From assembly GCA_013166775.1 (NCBI GenBank), contig JABLTJ010000039.1, positions 1 to 25,866 on the forward strand: a stretch of 25,866 nucleotides of DNA, given 5' to 3'. The DNA is from Promethearchaeati archaeon (GTDB lineage: Archaea > Asgardarchaeota > Heimdallarchaeia > Heimdallarchaeales > Heimdallarchaeaceae). A model generated the notes under the pieces. The model searched no databases and was not told where the DNA came from. It saw nothing but the letters and a program-made list of their open reading frames with translations. Each line of letters starts with the position of its first letter. The first letter of the stretch is position 1. Position numbers and translations under genes: made by a program. Positions 1-9,270 of this stretch are shown here, piece by piece.

Positions 1-290
1 AATTCTTTTGCTTTTTCTCCAATTAGAAGTTTATCTTCAAAAAATCCCCAAATAGCAGAAAGCCTCTGTTGACCATCAACTACTTCATATTCATACTTTG
101 AGTCTTCTCTTGTTTCTGCTAGATATATTTGAGATATATCAAAACCCCGTAGAATTGAATCAATTAGCATTTGTTTCTTTTCTTTCCCCCAAACTTCAGT
201 TCTTTGATATTTAGGACTTGTATCAATTACTGATTTCAATGTTTGGAATAATGTGATTGGCCAGGTTTGTTGTTTAGTACGATTTATCAC
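1..290 (-). CDS. DUF262 (GmrSD/ParB-like) domain protein, N-terminal part; runs off the left edge
   Basis: Manual translation from GTG at 290: MINRTKQQTWPITLFQTLKSVIDTSPKYQRTEVWGKEKKQMLIDSILRGFDISQIYLAETREDSKYEYEVVDGQQRLSAIWGFF. Has the DUF262 motifs PxYQR..VW, LIDS and DGQQR. Not in the ORF track. Confidence 0.9.
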   Translation of the reverse strand, partial: MINRTKQQTWPITLFQTLKSVIDTSPKYQRTEVWGKEKKQMLIDSILRGFDISQIYLAETREDSKYEYEVVDGQQRLSAIWGFFEDKLLIGEKAKE

Positions 291-357
291 AGGATTAAGT
301 TCTTCTTAATTTAATAAACATTTCCGTGATTTCTCCATAACTAGTGAATCTAATCTC

Positions 358-421
358 TTCTAACAAGCTTTCTTTTGATAAGTAGGTTATTCTAATAAGC
401 TATAGACTTTTTGATAAGTAC
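358..421. repeat. Degenerate two-unit tandem repeat upstream of the DUF262 gene
   Basis: ttctaacaagct..ttttgataagta (358-384) and ttctaataagct..ttttgataagta (390-420); the 12-mer ttttgataagta is exact at 373-384 and 409-420. Confidence 0.5.
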
Positions 422-476
422 TCACCTTCCTAGAACATGTCTCATTATTATTTTGCAGAAAGATGAAAAATGCATC

Positions 477-1640
477 TTAATCACGAATTTTTGTGTCTAC
501 TTCATTATTTAGGAAATCATTGTCAGCTAGATTATATGTTGAGTTATCGATATAGCATCCATATCTATTATTTTTGAATGTATTAGCAAATATATCAACT
601 TCTAATGAGTTGATGATATAAAGCCCATAATTGTTACTATCAAAGAAATTCCAGATAAGATCTATCCTTTTTGAACCTATCACTGTTATTCCTGAATAAT
701 CATCATTCGTAAAAGAATTCCATGAAGCACTGCAATTTGAACAGAATGCAAAATTAATTCCTAGACTACAATTTTCTAGAAAACTATTTTCTACACTTAT
801 GAATGAACAGTTTACAAAATATAGTTGTCCGTAATCTGTTAAATAGTAAGTTTCATTTTTTATATTAGTAAAATATCCAAATTCCTTCCCATTTATAACG
901 TTACTCTCTACAATGTGGGATAGATATGTCTCAAGTTCATAATTCAATATAGTTATCCCTATATTAGATAGATTGTTGTTTTTAATCGTTATATTCCCAG
1001 TTCTAGCGAAGTAAAATCCTCTTTTCCAATAATCTCCCTCTTCAAATCCTTCATCATACATACATCTATTATTCTCAATAACAGCTTTATTTATCTTGAA
1101 CAGAAATATAGCATCTTGTGAAATATTGATAAAAGTATTATTTACTATCGTACACTCAATCCAAGTAGTATAACTGGTAAGAGACATAATACCTATCCCT
1201 GCACCACAATTCCGGAAGGTATTGTTGATTATTTGACAACCAGACGTATCCCAGATTTTTACACCAATTCCATTTTCTCTACCATCGAATGTATTGTTTG
1301 TTATAATTAGTAAATCTGGGGATGAAATAGCTATAAATATTCCATCTCTTGAAGCCTGAAGGTGATTATTTCTTATAATGAAGCTTTTGGATACATTACC
1401 AATTGCTATTGCATAAAAATCATCTGTTTTTATCTCATAATTCTCAATAATGAATGGATCTTCAGTAGTTCCTGAACCTAGAAAATTATATTTCAGAAAA
1501 TCTCCATCGGATTGGATTAGTATCGGCTTATGCTTTCTCCTTACAATAATAGTGGGAATGACAATTGACAAAATAATCATTACTACTAAGAAGCTGAAGA
1601 GAAATACTTTTCTCACACTATAAGTTCTCAAATAACTCAT
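477..1640 (-). CDS. Right-handed parallel beta-helix (NosD/pectin-lyase-like) repeat protein with N-terminal membrane anchor
   Basis: N-terminal hydrophobic helix followed by RRKHK; GSGTTEDPFIIENYEI motif; repeated I.NNTF/GI.I beta-helix units. Confidence 0.88.
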   Translation of the reverse strand: MSYLRTYSVRKVFLFSFLVVMIILSIVIPTIIVRRKHKPILIQSDGDFLKYNFLGSGTTEDPFIIENYEIKTDDFYAIAIGNVSKSFIIRNNHLQASRDGIFIAISSPDLLIITNNTFDGRENGIGVKIWDTSGCQIINNTFRNCGAGIGIMSLTSYTTWIECTIVNNTFINISQDAIFLFKINKAVIENNRCMYDEGFEEGDYWKRGFYFARTGNITIKNNNLSNIGITILNYELETYLSHIVESNVINGKEFGYFTNIKNETYYLTDYGQLYFVNCSFISVENSFLENCSLGINFAFCSNCSASWNSFTNDDYSGITVIGSKRIDLIWNFFDSNNYGLYIINSLEVDIFANTFKNNRYGCYIDNSTYNLADNDFLNNEVDTKIRD

Positions 1641-1833
1641 TCCTACTTCCTATTTTCGGATTTAATTCTTCTCCTCTGTTGTTTGAATTTAATAAAATAT
1701 CCCTTTAAATCTCTTTCTAGTAAAAATTGTTGAAAATTTGTCATAAAATTACAATTTTAAGACTTTCTTTTAGTCCTTTTAAGAATATAGAATCTTTTTC
1801 TTTCTATGGCAAAAAAATGAATAGAAAAGAAGA

Positions 1834-2778
1834 TTATCTTCTTCTTCTCCAACCAAAAATAACAACTGTACTTACTAAAATTCCACCAAGTCCAAAAATC
1901 CAAGAATTTGTAACAGTTAAGCTCTCATCATAAGAATCTATAGAATATTCTAAGATAGTCTTTATCTTTAATTCAAATCTATTATCAATTTTTTCGTAAA
2001 ATTTGTACTGGCTGTAATAGTCATAAAGTTCTCCTTGTTTATTATAAGAAAACTTCGTTTCTATTTCCTCTTTATAATGCGACTCATCAACCCATTCCCA
2101 TTCATAATTATACGAAAATTCATAATGATATCCCTCGAAGTTCTTTCTTTGATACTTGAATGTATTTAGAAAACTAATTTTGAAATCTTTGTAATATTGT
2201 TCATATTCTTGAAAATTTGTTTTAAAGGAAAAATCTGGGTGATAAATAGGTAGAAATGTAAAACCCACTCCCCCATACCAGCCAAAAAGATAAAAACTAA
2301 TATCTACTGGATCAAAAGGAATGGGCATTCCAAATCCAAAAGGTATTGATTGAGATTGCACTGGATCTACAAACTGTAGCTTCTGGTTTTCATTATTGTA
2401 TCTATAGGTAACTTTGAAGCTATCTGTTGCAGCATTATACTCCCAAGCATTACGATATTCATCATAGCATTCCTCACTTTCACAATTAACTAAACCTAAG
2501 AAAATCTCCCATTGATCTGTTCTGAAAGATATGTTGTTATTTTCGCATTCCACATCCCACATCTTTACTTCTTTGTTTATCTCAGTTAATGGATCTTCCT
2601 TTTCATAGTCATAGTGTTTTAAATCATAAATATACGTATAGGAATCTCTTAAGGTTCCCCAACATTGTACTTCTTGTGTTGTTTCGGAATTAATAGAAAA
2701 TGATCCACACAACAAAACTAAGACAAATCCACTTAATAAAATACTCTGATAAGACTTCCCAAACTTCATGAGACTCAA
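1834..2778 (-). CDS. Uncharacterised secreted/surface protein with C-terminal TM anchor; paralogue of 20820..21761 (start may be ATG 2769)
   Basis: Signal-like N-terminus, NCESEECYDEY motif shared with the paralogue, C-terminal WIFGLGGILVSTVVIFGWRRRR. Confidence 0.85.
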   Translation of the reverse strand: MSLMKFGKSYQSILLSGFVLVLLCGSFSINSETTQEVQCWGTLRDSYTYIYDLKHYDYEKEDPLTEINKEVKMWDVECENNNISFRTDQWEIFLGLVNCESEECYDEYRNAWEYNAATDSFKVTYRYNNENQKLQFVDPVQSQSIPFGFGMPIPFDPVDISFYLFGWYGGVGFTFLPIYHPDFSFKTNFQEYEQYYKDFKISFLNTFKYQRKNFEGYHYEFSYNYEWEWVDESHYKEEIETKFSYNKQGELYDYYSQYKFYEKIDNRFELKIKTILEYSIDSYDESLTVTNSWIFGLGGILVSTVVIFGWRRRR

Positions 2779-2879
2779 CTAGAAAATTACACCCCCCTAT
2801 ATTTATAGTTTGGCAAATCATAAAATTAAGTGATACCTCAACCTTAGGACTTTTTTTTATTCCTTTTAAAAATTCGATA

Positions 2880-3009
2880 CTATCTTTTCTTGCGATTAAT
2901 TTGTGTAATAATAACTCCTATTATTATAGCTAGTAGCAAAAATCATGAAGTTCTTTCAGTTTCCCATCCACTTATTTCTAATATTTCTACAACATCGCTC
3001 TCATCTGCA
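2880..3009 (-). pseudogene. 3' remnant of an LVIVD-repeat surface protein gene (paralogue of 9382..10479)
   Basis: Translates ADESDVVEILEISGWETERTS*FLLLAIIIGVIITQINRKKR* versus ADENDAIEILEISGWNPKRTSGFLLPIVIITIIITQMRKKKEKT* in the intact gene; GGA>TGA internal stop. Confidence 0.88.
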
Positions 3010-3086
3010 CTTCTAGAATAACTAATATACAATTATAAATATTAATTAGAGTACTATCAGTTATATTGATGCTTTTAAATAGGAAA

Positions 3087-3212
3087 TTACTTAATTAATG
3101 TGATAAACATAACAGATATCAATGTAAGAATAGTCAGAACAAGCTGAACTCCCAATCTGATAGATCCAATATAGAAGGTTGCATTAGAGGGGAATACATG
3201 TGTTTTTTCCAT
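3087..3212 (-). pseudogene. 41-codon hydrophobic ORF or 3' remnant of a membrane-anchored protein
   Basis: MEKTHVFPSNATFYIGSIRLGVQLVLTILTLISVMFITLIK*; ends in a TM-like helix; parent gene unknown. Confidence 0.3.
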
Positions 3213-3314
3213 TGATAAACTTATCTTAGAAGTCTTAAAATTGCATTTATCTACTTTCTAACAAAGTGGTTCTTAGAAGTAAGGAAGAAGAAATCAGCTT
3301 ATTTGGCTTCAATC

Positions 3315-4232
3315 CTAGTAGTCAAAATTTGCTGTGTTGTACTCGTAGTTATCTGGGACTTTGAACCTTTTATCATTCTCAAATAATTCCTTCAATTTAA
3401 AGAATATTTCAGGATCTCCAGAGTTAGCGATATCTTGGGCGAGTTTATCCATCATTTCGTAAAGTTCTGGTGTAAGTTCTTCACTACTTGACCAAATTCC
3501 CCAGTGTTCCCAAGCCATAACTTCTATCTTATTTATACTAGCTAGATCCTGAATTAGTTTATATCTAGCAAACTTCTCACCAAGGAATGGACCTACTCCT
3601 ATTTGTTCAGGTGCAATTCTTCCTTCTCTGATTTTAGTCCACGATAGACCTGCTCCAAGAAACTCATCTCTAGGAACATCACATGTGTCTAATGTAACCT
3701 TCATTGCTTTTCTTTGGAAATCGTCAATTTGTGCATCAACTAGAAACCATTTCTGTTCTTCTTCGTTCCAGTACTCACAAACAAAGTGATCTTCAAAGAA
3801 CTTCTTTGGAGGGGGATGGAGATAACTAGCTGCACCACTTCTTTCTCTTGCTGGAATTCCTTTATGTCTGAGAATAGAAATCAGTAATAATGAGAAATCT
3901 CTACAGTTACCTACTGTTCTCTCAATGAGTTCTCGTGGAACAATGATAGGTTCATCCTTTATAGCAACAAACTTAGCTAATCTGTCTGAAATCTTTCTCA
4001 GATTGTGTTCTTCATTAGGATCTCTCCCAGTAGATGCAATGTCTTTAAGAGATATACCATAATTCTGATCGGTATATACCCAAAAGAAATGGAGAATAAC
4101 ATTCTGTACAGCTTTAATCAAGCTTGGAATATCATCAGGTAAACCCTCATAGAGATAGTCAAAATCTCCGGGGTCACTCAACTCGCTTTGAGTTCTATAG
4201 TACTCTAACATATCTGTTAATTTATCACTCAT
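3315..4232 (-). CDS. Transglutaminase-like (Cys-His-Asp) domain protein
   Basis: GNCRDFSLLLISILRHKGIPARERSG, DHFVCEYWN and WFLVDAQ motifs. Confidence 0.9.
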   Translation of the reverse strand: MSDKLTDMLEYYRTQSELSDPGDFDYLYEGLPDDIPSLIKAVQNVILHFFWVYTDQNYGISLKDIASTGRDPNEEHNLRKISDRLAKFVAIKDEPIIVPRELIERTVGNCRDFSLLLISILRHKGIPARERSGAASYLHPPPKKFFEDHFVCEYWNEEEQKWFLVDAQIDDFQRKAMKVTLDTCDVPRDEFLGAGLSWTKIREGRIAPEQIGVGPFLGEKFARYKLIQDLASINKIEVMAWEHWGIWSSSEELTPELYEMMDKLAQDIANSGDPEIFFKLKELFENDKRFKVPDNYEYNTANFDY

Positions 4233-4336
4233 AATTCACACCTTTGAGCTATGTAGGAACTGCAAGAAAACAGTATTTAAAGTTAAGAGAAAGACGGTTA
4301 TATGATTTTTACAAGCAATCATTTTCTTACCTAAAA

Positions 4337-4453
4337 CTAATGTTTTTTCTTTTCCTTCTTATTTCTTTTATAGTACATTTATAGCTTTGGATATAGGATT
4401 ATATTAGCAAGCACAACTCCTACAAATTCTATTATCCCATAATGACAAACGTC
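4337..4453 (-). pseudogene. Possible 3' remnant of a membrane protein gene
   Basis: DVCHYGIIEFVGVVLANIILYPKL*MYYKRNKKEKKKH*: hydrophobic stretch plus basic tail with one internal stop. Confidence 0.3.
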
Positions 4454-4609
4454 CATATATCCTAAAATGTAATTGTAATTTAGTGGTATCATTTTAGATT
4501 ATTCTCTAATTTATTTGGATTTAATCATTTTGTGAACCTTCCTCTAATTCTTTTAAAAACGTATTTTCTACAAAAAATTCAAATACTAACCTTTGTGTAA
4601 GTACAGTTT

Positions 4610-5338
4610 ATGAGTGATAACGAGCAGAAATATGAAAGGGAGAGAGTAATGGAGAGAGTAAAATATTCAAGTGAAAGAATGAAGGAAGTTATTTCTAGAT
4701 ATTATAATCAGGAGGAAACTGATAGGATTATCAATAAATCGTTAGAAGAAGTGGAGAAGTTCATTCCTATTTTACCTTACTTAGGTGAGAAAGAAAATAT
4801 GTTTGTGGGGGATTTCTTTGATTCACTCTTACATTTAGGCTTATATAATGTACTAGTTAAAGAAGGGTCTACTGCAAGAGATGTGGGTAAATTTGTGTAT
4901 GAAATTATGGAATTGCGGTATTCGAGGTACTATTCAAATATGTCCAAACTCAAGAAATTCTTATTTACAAGGAAGCTTTTTAGTGCATCCAATAGGGAAC
5001 GATTTAATGGAATGATTGATGCTATGAATGAAAAGAATTATCCTAATAACTGGATTATGGAATATGTTGATGGGGACAAAAAAACATTCAATTGGGGAAT
5101 AGATGTACATCAATGTGCAATCCACAAATTCTACCTAGAAAATGGGGGAAAAGAGTTAGCTCCATACATCTGTTTACAAGATTTTGCTATGTATCAAGAA
5201 AACAAAAAAATTGGTTTTTGGAGAACAAAAACTTTAGCAGGTGGTGGTGATTTCTGTGACTTTAGACTTAAGAAAGGTGAACCAACTCCAAAAGGTTGGC
5301 CTCCTGAAACATTAGAAGAATGGATAGAGTCTACTTGA
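4610..5338 (+). CDS. L-2-amino-thiazoline-4-carboxylate hydrolase-like (ATC_hydrolase family) protein
   Basis: GIDVHQCAIHKF, ELAPYICLQD and RTKTLAGGGDFCDFR with three conserved Cys typical of the family. Confidence 0.82.
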   Translation: MSDNEQKYERERVMERVKYSSERMKEVISRYYNQEETDRIINKSLEEVEKFIPILPYLGEKENMFVGDFFDSLLHLGLYNVLVKEGSTARDVGKFVYEIMELRYSRYYSNMSKLKKFLFTRKLFSASNRERFNGMIDAMNEKNYPNNWIMEYVDGDKKTFNWGIDVHQCAIHKFYLENGGKELAPYICLQDFAMYQENKKIGFWRTKTLAGGGDFCDFRLKKGEPTPKGWPPETLEEWIEST

Positions 5339-5437
5339 TTAAGTAGCTCCTCACTCAGAATTCTAGATGTTACAGAATGTTGTATCTATAGTTTGATGGC
5401 TGTAATAAACCTTCTCGCACCTATGAATAGTCTGAGT

Positions 5438-6202
5438 CTAAATACTTTCCAGGAATTTCAACACATGCGGAAGGATTATTCCTATCTCAAAATGTACTGT
5501 GTGTCCTTTCTTCTCGAAAAGGATAGCTTTAGCATTTTTCATCTTCTTGCTCGTTTCTAGTAGTTGTGGATAGGGATTCCATTCATCATCTTCTCCTGCA
5601 TAAAAGAGAAAAGGTTCTTCGAGTTCTGGTAAATGATCATCCACTTTGGTGAAAAAATCCGGACTATCTATCCATGCGTTTATTGCCTTAAAATCCATTG
5701 CTCTAATGAAATCCTCTACTCCAGGTGTAACATTATCTCCTCTTTCCCTAAGATGATCTAGTAATCCATCTGCTCCTTTTCTTACTTTCTCATCAAGAGT
5801 TTTTCTATACTCCTTAACTTCTTCAGTGGGTTCTTGAGGTTGATTTCCACCTATAATGTAACTTAGGAAACGTTCGGGATCATCTCTAGAAAGACAGAAA
5901 GCTAAGTAACCACCAAGCGAATATCCCCAACAATGAACCTTATCGATATTCAGCTCATCTAAGACTGCTATGATGTCAGATGTGTAATTAGTTGTTCGAT
6001 ATGCTTCGGGATCATGAGGTTTATCACTCTGACCATTTCCCCTTAGATCAAAGCGGATGAGTTGATATTTGTCCCTCAGATATTGCACATAACCATTCCA
6101 CTCATGATGTGTTCCTGGACCGCCATGAATCATGATCATAGGTTCTCCTTGACCCTCAACAACATAGTAAATTTTCACTCCTTCATTATTAACATAGGGC
6201 AT
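5438..6202 (-). CDS. Alpha/beta fold hydrolase; paralogue of 13026..13796
   Basis: HGGPG oxyanion motif, DLRGNGQSDKP, nucleophile GYSLG, GEDD acid, C-terminal GH. Confidence 0.95.
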   Translation of the reverse strand: MPYVNNEGVKIYYVVEGQGEPMIMIHGGPGTHHEWNGYVQYLRDKYQLIRFDLRGNGQSDKPHDPEAYRTTNYTSDIIAVLDELNIDKVHCWGYSLGGYLAFCLSRDDPERFLSYIIGGNQPQEPTEEVKEYRKTLDEKVRKGADGLLDHLRERGDNVTPGVEDFIRAMDFKAINAWIDSPDFFTKVDDHLPELEEPFLFYAGEDDEWNPYPQLLETSKKMKNAKAILFEKKGHTVHFEIGIILPHVLKFLESI

Positions 6203-6263
6203 GACAAATACCTATCTTGTAGCACTTATATAGATATGGAATTGAAGAACCAGTAGTTTCCTT

Positions 6264-6322
6264 TTATTCAAATATCTTGAAATACCACTTGCATTTACAG
6301 TACTCTTCAAAACCTGTCTTTT
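6264..6322 (-). pseudogene. Probable 3' remnant of a GNAT acetyltransferase gene
   Basis: IYKKTGFEEYCKCKWYFKIFE* resembles the terminal (L/I)YxKxGF motif of GNATs. Confidence 0.5.
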
Positions 6323-6388
6323 TGTAGATATACTAATCTCAAATCATTGAACACGTGAAAAATTGGACAGATAGTGTTTGAACTTGAT

Positions 6389-6520
6389 AGAACTTTTATT
6401 CTTTTTTATCTTGAGTTTCTCCGTTCTGTGAGTTTATCTTTCCAGTAAATTTTCCAGGATTAACACCGACTAATATTGAGAGAATGTGTTTACTGATTGG
6501 TTTAGGAAGTAATTTTAACA
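6389..6520 (-). repeat. 132-bp direct repeat copy 1; 3' remnant of an unidentified gene
   Basis: Aligns without gaps to 7806..7937 with about 20 mismatches (manual count); reads LKLLPKPISKHILSILVGVNPGKFTGKINSQNGETQDKKE*. Confidence 0.9.
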
Positions 6521-6595
6521 GATTGTTGCCTTCTTGTATGTTGTGAATGATTTTTTGCAGAAGAATGTAAAGATATGAATGGTCGAGTAATTATG

Positions 6596-7516
6596 TTAAC
6601 TTTCTTGCTCGATTTTAACTTCAGTTTTGATGTCTTCTATTACATTCATCTTTTTTGCTACTAATGAACCTAGAATAATTAGCAAGGATGGTAGGATAAA
6701 CAATACAATGATGTAGAATATTGTTGTAAGTGTCTCATTACCTTGATCGATATTGAAATCTATGATAAATAGGGTTACATCAATTGAGTAGTGTATGAGT
6801 ATTGCAGGTAGAATACTATTAAATTTGATCACTAGATAAGATAATGACATTCCTACAAATATAGCTGCAACAGATTGCAATAACACTGTTACCAAATCTT
6901 GACCAAGAAGAAGATAGTTATACAAATGAAAAACAGCAAACAGTAGTCCGTTAAAGACAATCGCTTTTCTTACCGAATATTTAGTTCTTAAACTGGAGAG
7001 AATAAAGCCACGAAAAGATACTTCTTCCCATATTCCAGGGATTAAAGCAAATACGAAAATAAACCAAGCAACTCCTCCTTCATATTCTGGAGAATTAAGC
7101 AATGAGAAATTAGGAGTAAAAGTCCCTATAAGAAATGCAGTAAAAACAACAAGTCCAAAAAAAGTTAAACCTGTTACCAGTCCTACCAAAATATTTCTCC
7201 AGCTAATTTGGCTAGGTTTTAGACGAAGAGTATGGAAAAAATCACGAAATGTTACTTTCTTTCTGAAAAATAACACTAGTGGAAGAAAAACTAACCAAAT
7301 TAATGCACTTAAGACAAATCTATAACTGAAAACTAGGAAGATGCTCCAAAAAGGCGATAAAGAGTTTTGAAAAAGCACCTGTTCTAGATTAAAAAAATCT
7401 GGAAGGTAAATAATTCCATATAATATCGTTAATATAAAACTGAAAAGCAGAGGGAATTTAGATTTAATAGATAGAGTTTCGTTCTTGTCAGAGGAATCAA
7501 CAGAACTATTCTTCAT
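6596..7516 (-). CDS. CPBP family (CAAX protease/Abi) intramembrane glutamic endopeptidase
   Basis: Multi-TM; EEVSFRG, FAVFH and AILIHYSID motifs. Confidence 0.93.
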   Translation of the reverse strand: MKNSSVDSSDKNETLSIKSKFPLLFSFILTILYGIIYLPDFFNLEQVLFQNSLSPFWSIFLVFSYRFVLSALIWLVFLPLVLFFRKKVTFRDFFHTLRLKPSQISWRNILVGLVTGLTFFGLVVFTAFLIGTFTPNFSLLNSPEYEGGVAWFIFVFALIPGIWEEVSFRGFILSSLRTKYSVRKAIVFNGLLFAVFHLYNYLLLGQDLVTVLLQSVAAIFVGMSLSYLVIKFNSILPAILIHYSIDVTLFIIDFNIDQGNETLTTIFYIIVLFILPSLLIILGSLVAKKMNVIEDIKTEVKIEQES

Positions 7517-7805
7517 GTTTCTTCAATTAGCTTTAAGCACTTAAAAAACTAACTTATTATTTTTAATGTGTGTGTGAAAGAAATTTACCTATCATTAAGA
7601 TTTGTAAAAAACTCTTTCTAGATTTTTTCATCCTTCTATCTATTTCAACAAGATAAAGATAAGCCAAAAACGAATGGACATTTTGTGGTTGTTTAATGTT
7701 GTTTACCTACTTCATAGTAGTTGAAAAACAAATAATTAAATTTTTAAATTAACGTCTTCAAGAGTTGATTCCATCACTACTGTTAGAAATATAAGGTTAG
7801 GAACA

Positions 7806-7937
7806 AGAACTTTTATTCTTTTTTATCCTGCTTTTCTCCATTCTGTGAGTTTATCTTTCCTATAAATTTTCCCGGATCAACACCCGCTAATGTAGCGAGA
7901 ATATGCTTACTGAATGGTTTTGAAAGCACTTTTAACA
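7806..7937 (-). repeat. 132-bp direct repeat copy 2; 3' remnant of the same unidentified gene family
   Basis: Reads LKVLSKPFSKHILATLAGVDPGKFIGKINSQNGEKQDKKE*; about half of the mismatches to copy 1 are at minus-strand third codon positions. Confidence 0.9.
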
Positions 7938-7966
7938 CTTTGTCTATTTTATCCTCTTGTTCCTCT

Positions 7967-8779
7967 TCACTCATTTTCCTTCTCCTTCATGTTAATTCTC
8001 CTCTTTATCAAGAAGAACAGCACAATTGTAAGTATTGTAAAAACAGCACAACCAATTCCTAGTGCTAACCATGGTGCTGGCTTGAAAGAGAATGTTATAA
8101 CGCCTAGACATGCTATGGCTCCAATACTGGTAATTGACAGAATGAAATATCTCCCCCTGTTTGGAGATCGGATAAGGAACCACTCTCGTCCTAGAAACAA
8201 GAATAAGGATAGACCCACTTTATGTAATTTCAGTTTCATAATTATTCTAATAAAGTATACAAGAGATACTATGAACAGTAGTAGACCAATAGCAAGAACA
8301 ATACCTCCTATCCAAACAACGTTGTCCCCTATCTTTTCATGAAGCATCCTTGTTATCATATTTAGCTTAACTATTCCGAAGACGCCAATAAAAGAAATGA
8401 CCATAGCTAAGAGCATACCCATTTGACTAATGAATAGGTTCAACTCAGATGCTGGTTGAATTGCTAATACAGCGGAGAACACACCAAATCTGTCAGCTCG
8501 TGCTTCTTCCTTAGTTTCTCTAGCTATCTCATCAACAAAAATCAAAGCTTTCTTTCCAGCATCTGTGATGGTATAATCCCCATTAGTTCTCTCTATCAAT
8601 CCTGCCTCATTCAGTTCTTTCAGGTGGTAATTGAAAGTACCACTCATGGATTGATCAAAACCTAATACCTCCATTAATTCAGTATAAGTAGCACTGCCTT
8701 TCTCAGAGATGTGATTCATCATTTCTCTACGTTTTGAGCTTGACAAGGCTTTCATAACGTTTTCAGATTCAGAACTCAT
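7967..8779 (-). CDS. Membrane-tethered ArsR-like winged-helix transcriptional regulator (about 4 TM helices)
   Basis: KALSSSKRREMM..ATYTELM..SGTFNYHLKEL..GLI..YTITDAG wHTH followed by four hydrophobic segments; ATG 8779 preferred over TTG 8785. Confidence 0.88.
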   Translation of the reverse strand: MSSESENVMKALSSSKRREMMNHISEKGSATYTELMEVLGFDQSMSGTFNYHLKELNEAGLIERTNGDYTITDAGKKALIFVDEIARETKEEARADRFGVFSAVLAIQPASELNLFISQMGMLLAMVISFIGVFGIVKLNMITRMLHEKIGDNVVWIGGIVLAIGLLLFIVSLVYFIRIIMKLKLHKVGLSLFLFLGREWFLIRSPNRGRYFILSITSIGAIACLGVITFSFKPAPWLALGIGCAVFTILTIVLFFLIKRRINMKEKENE

Positions 8780-8802
8780 TTGCAATATGTTTTTATCACG
8801 GG

Positions 8803-8839
8803 ACTATTTAAGGCATTTCGACTAATTTTTTCGTGTAGA
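8803..8839 (-). promoter_or_regulatory. Promoter/operator copy 1 (TATA box plus imperfect palindrome)
   Basis: actatttaaggcatttcgactaattttttcgtgtaga, 35/37 identical to 9271..9307; minus-strand TTAAATA about 27 nt before the ATG; tttcgac...gtagaaa inverted repeat. Confidence 0.8.
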
Positions 8840-8887
8840 AAATTAAGGTAAGTAAATAAAAAAAAAATCCTTCCCTCCTTACTGGAT

Positions 8888-9250
8888 TCATTCAATAATT
8901 TCTTCATATATGATGAATCGTTTACTTATGTTGAAATATAACATTATACTCATCCCTACTACAAATACACCTAAGAGTAACCAAAGGTAATAAGATTCAA
9001 AGATATCAGGTACTGCAAGTCCTATTATAGCTCCAATAGTAATTGGTACTCCTGTTACAAAGAACATTATTGAATAGTATTTCGATAATTTTTTTCTTTC
9101 TGCACTTTTCATGTTTTTTCTGATTGATTTATGAAACCACTCATATCTAGCTAGTAAGATACTAGGTTGTCCAAATATCATTAAAACACCAAGCACACTT
9201 AAAACGATCCCAGCAATTAAGTAAATGTATGTTATCTCCAATTTTTTCAC
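8888..9250 (-). CDS. Small 3-TM membrane protein (DUF3784-like)
   Basis: Three hydrophobic helices with a basic loop (LLARYEWF...ERKKLSKYY); GTG start; family assignment tentative. Confidence 0.7.
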   Translation of the reverse strand: MKKLEITYIYLIAGIVLSVLGVLMIFGQPSILLARYEWFHKSIRKNMKSAERKKLSKYYSIMFFVTGVPITIGAIIGLAVPDIFESYYLWLLLGVFVVGMSIMLYFNISKRFIIYEEIIE

Positions 9251-9270
9251 TAAGAATTGTTGATTACTAT

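Noticed and set aside
3252-3280. Inverted repeat actttctaa...ttagaagt as a recombination site
   Set aside because: Single short copy just downstream of the transglutaminase gene; compatible with chance or a terminator.
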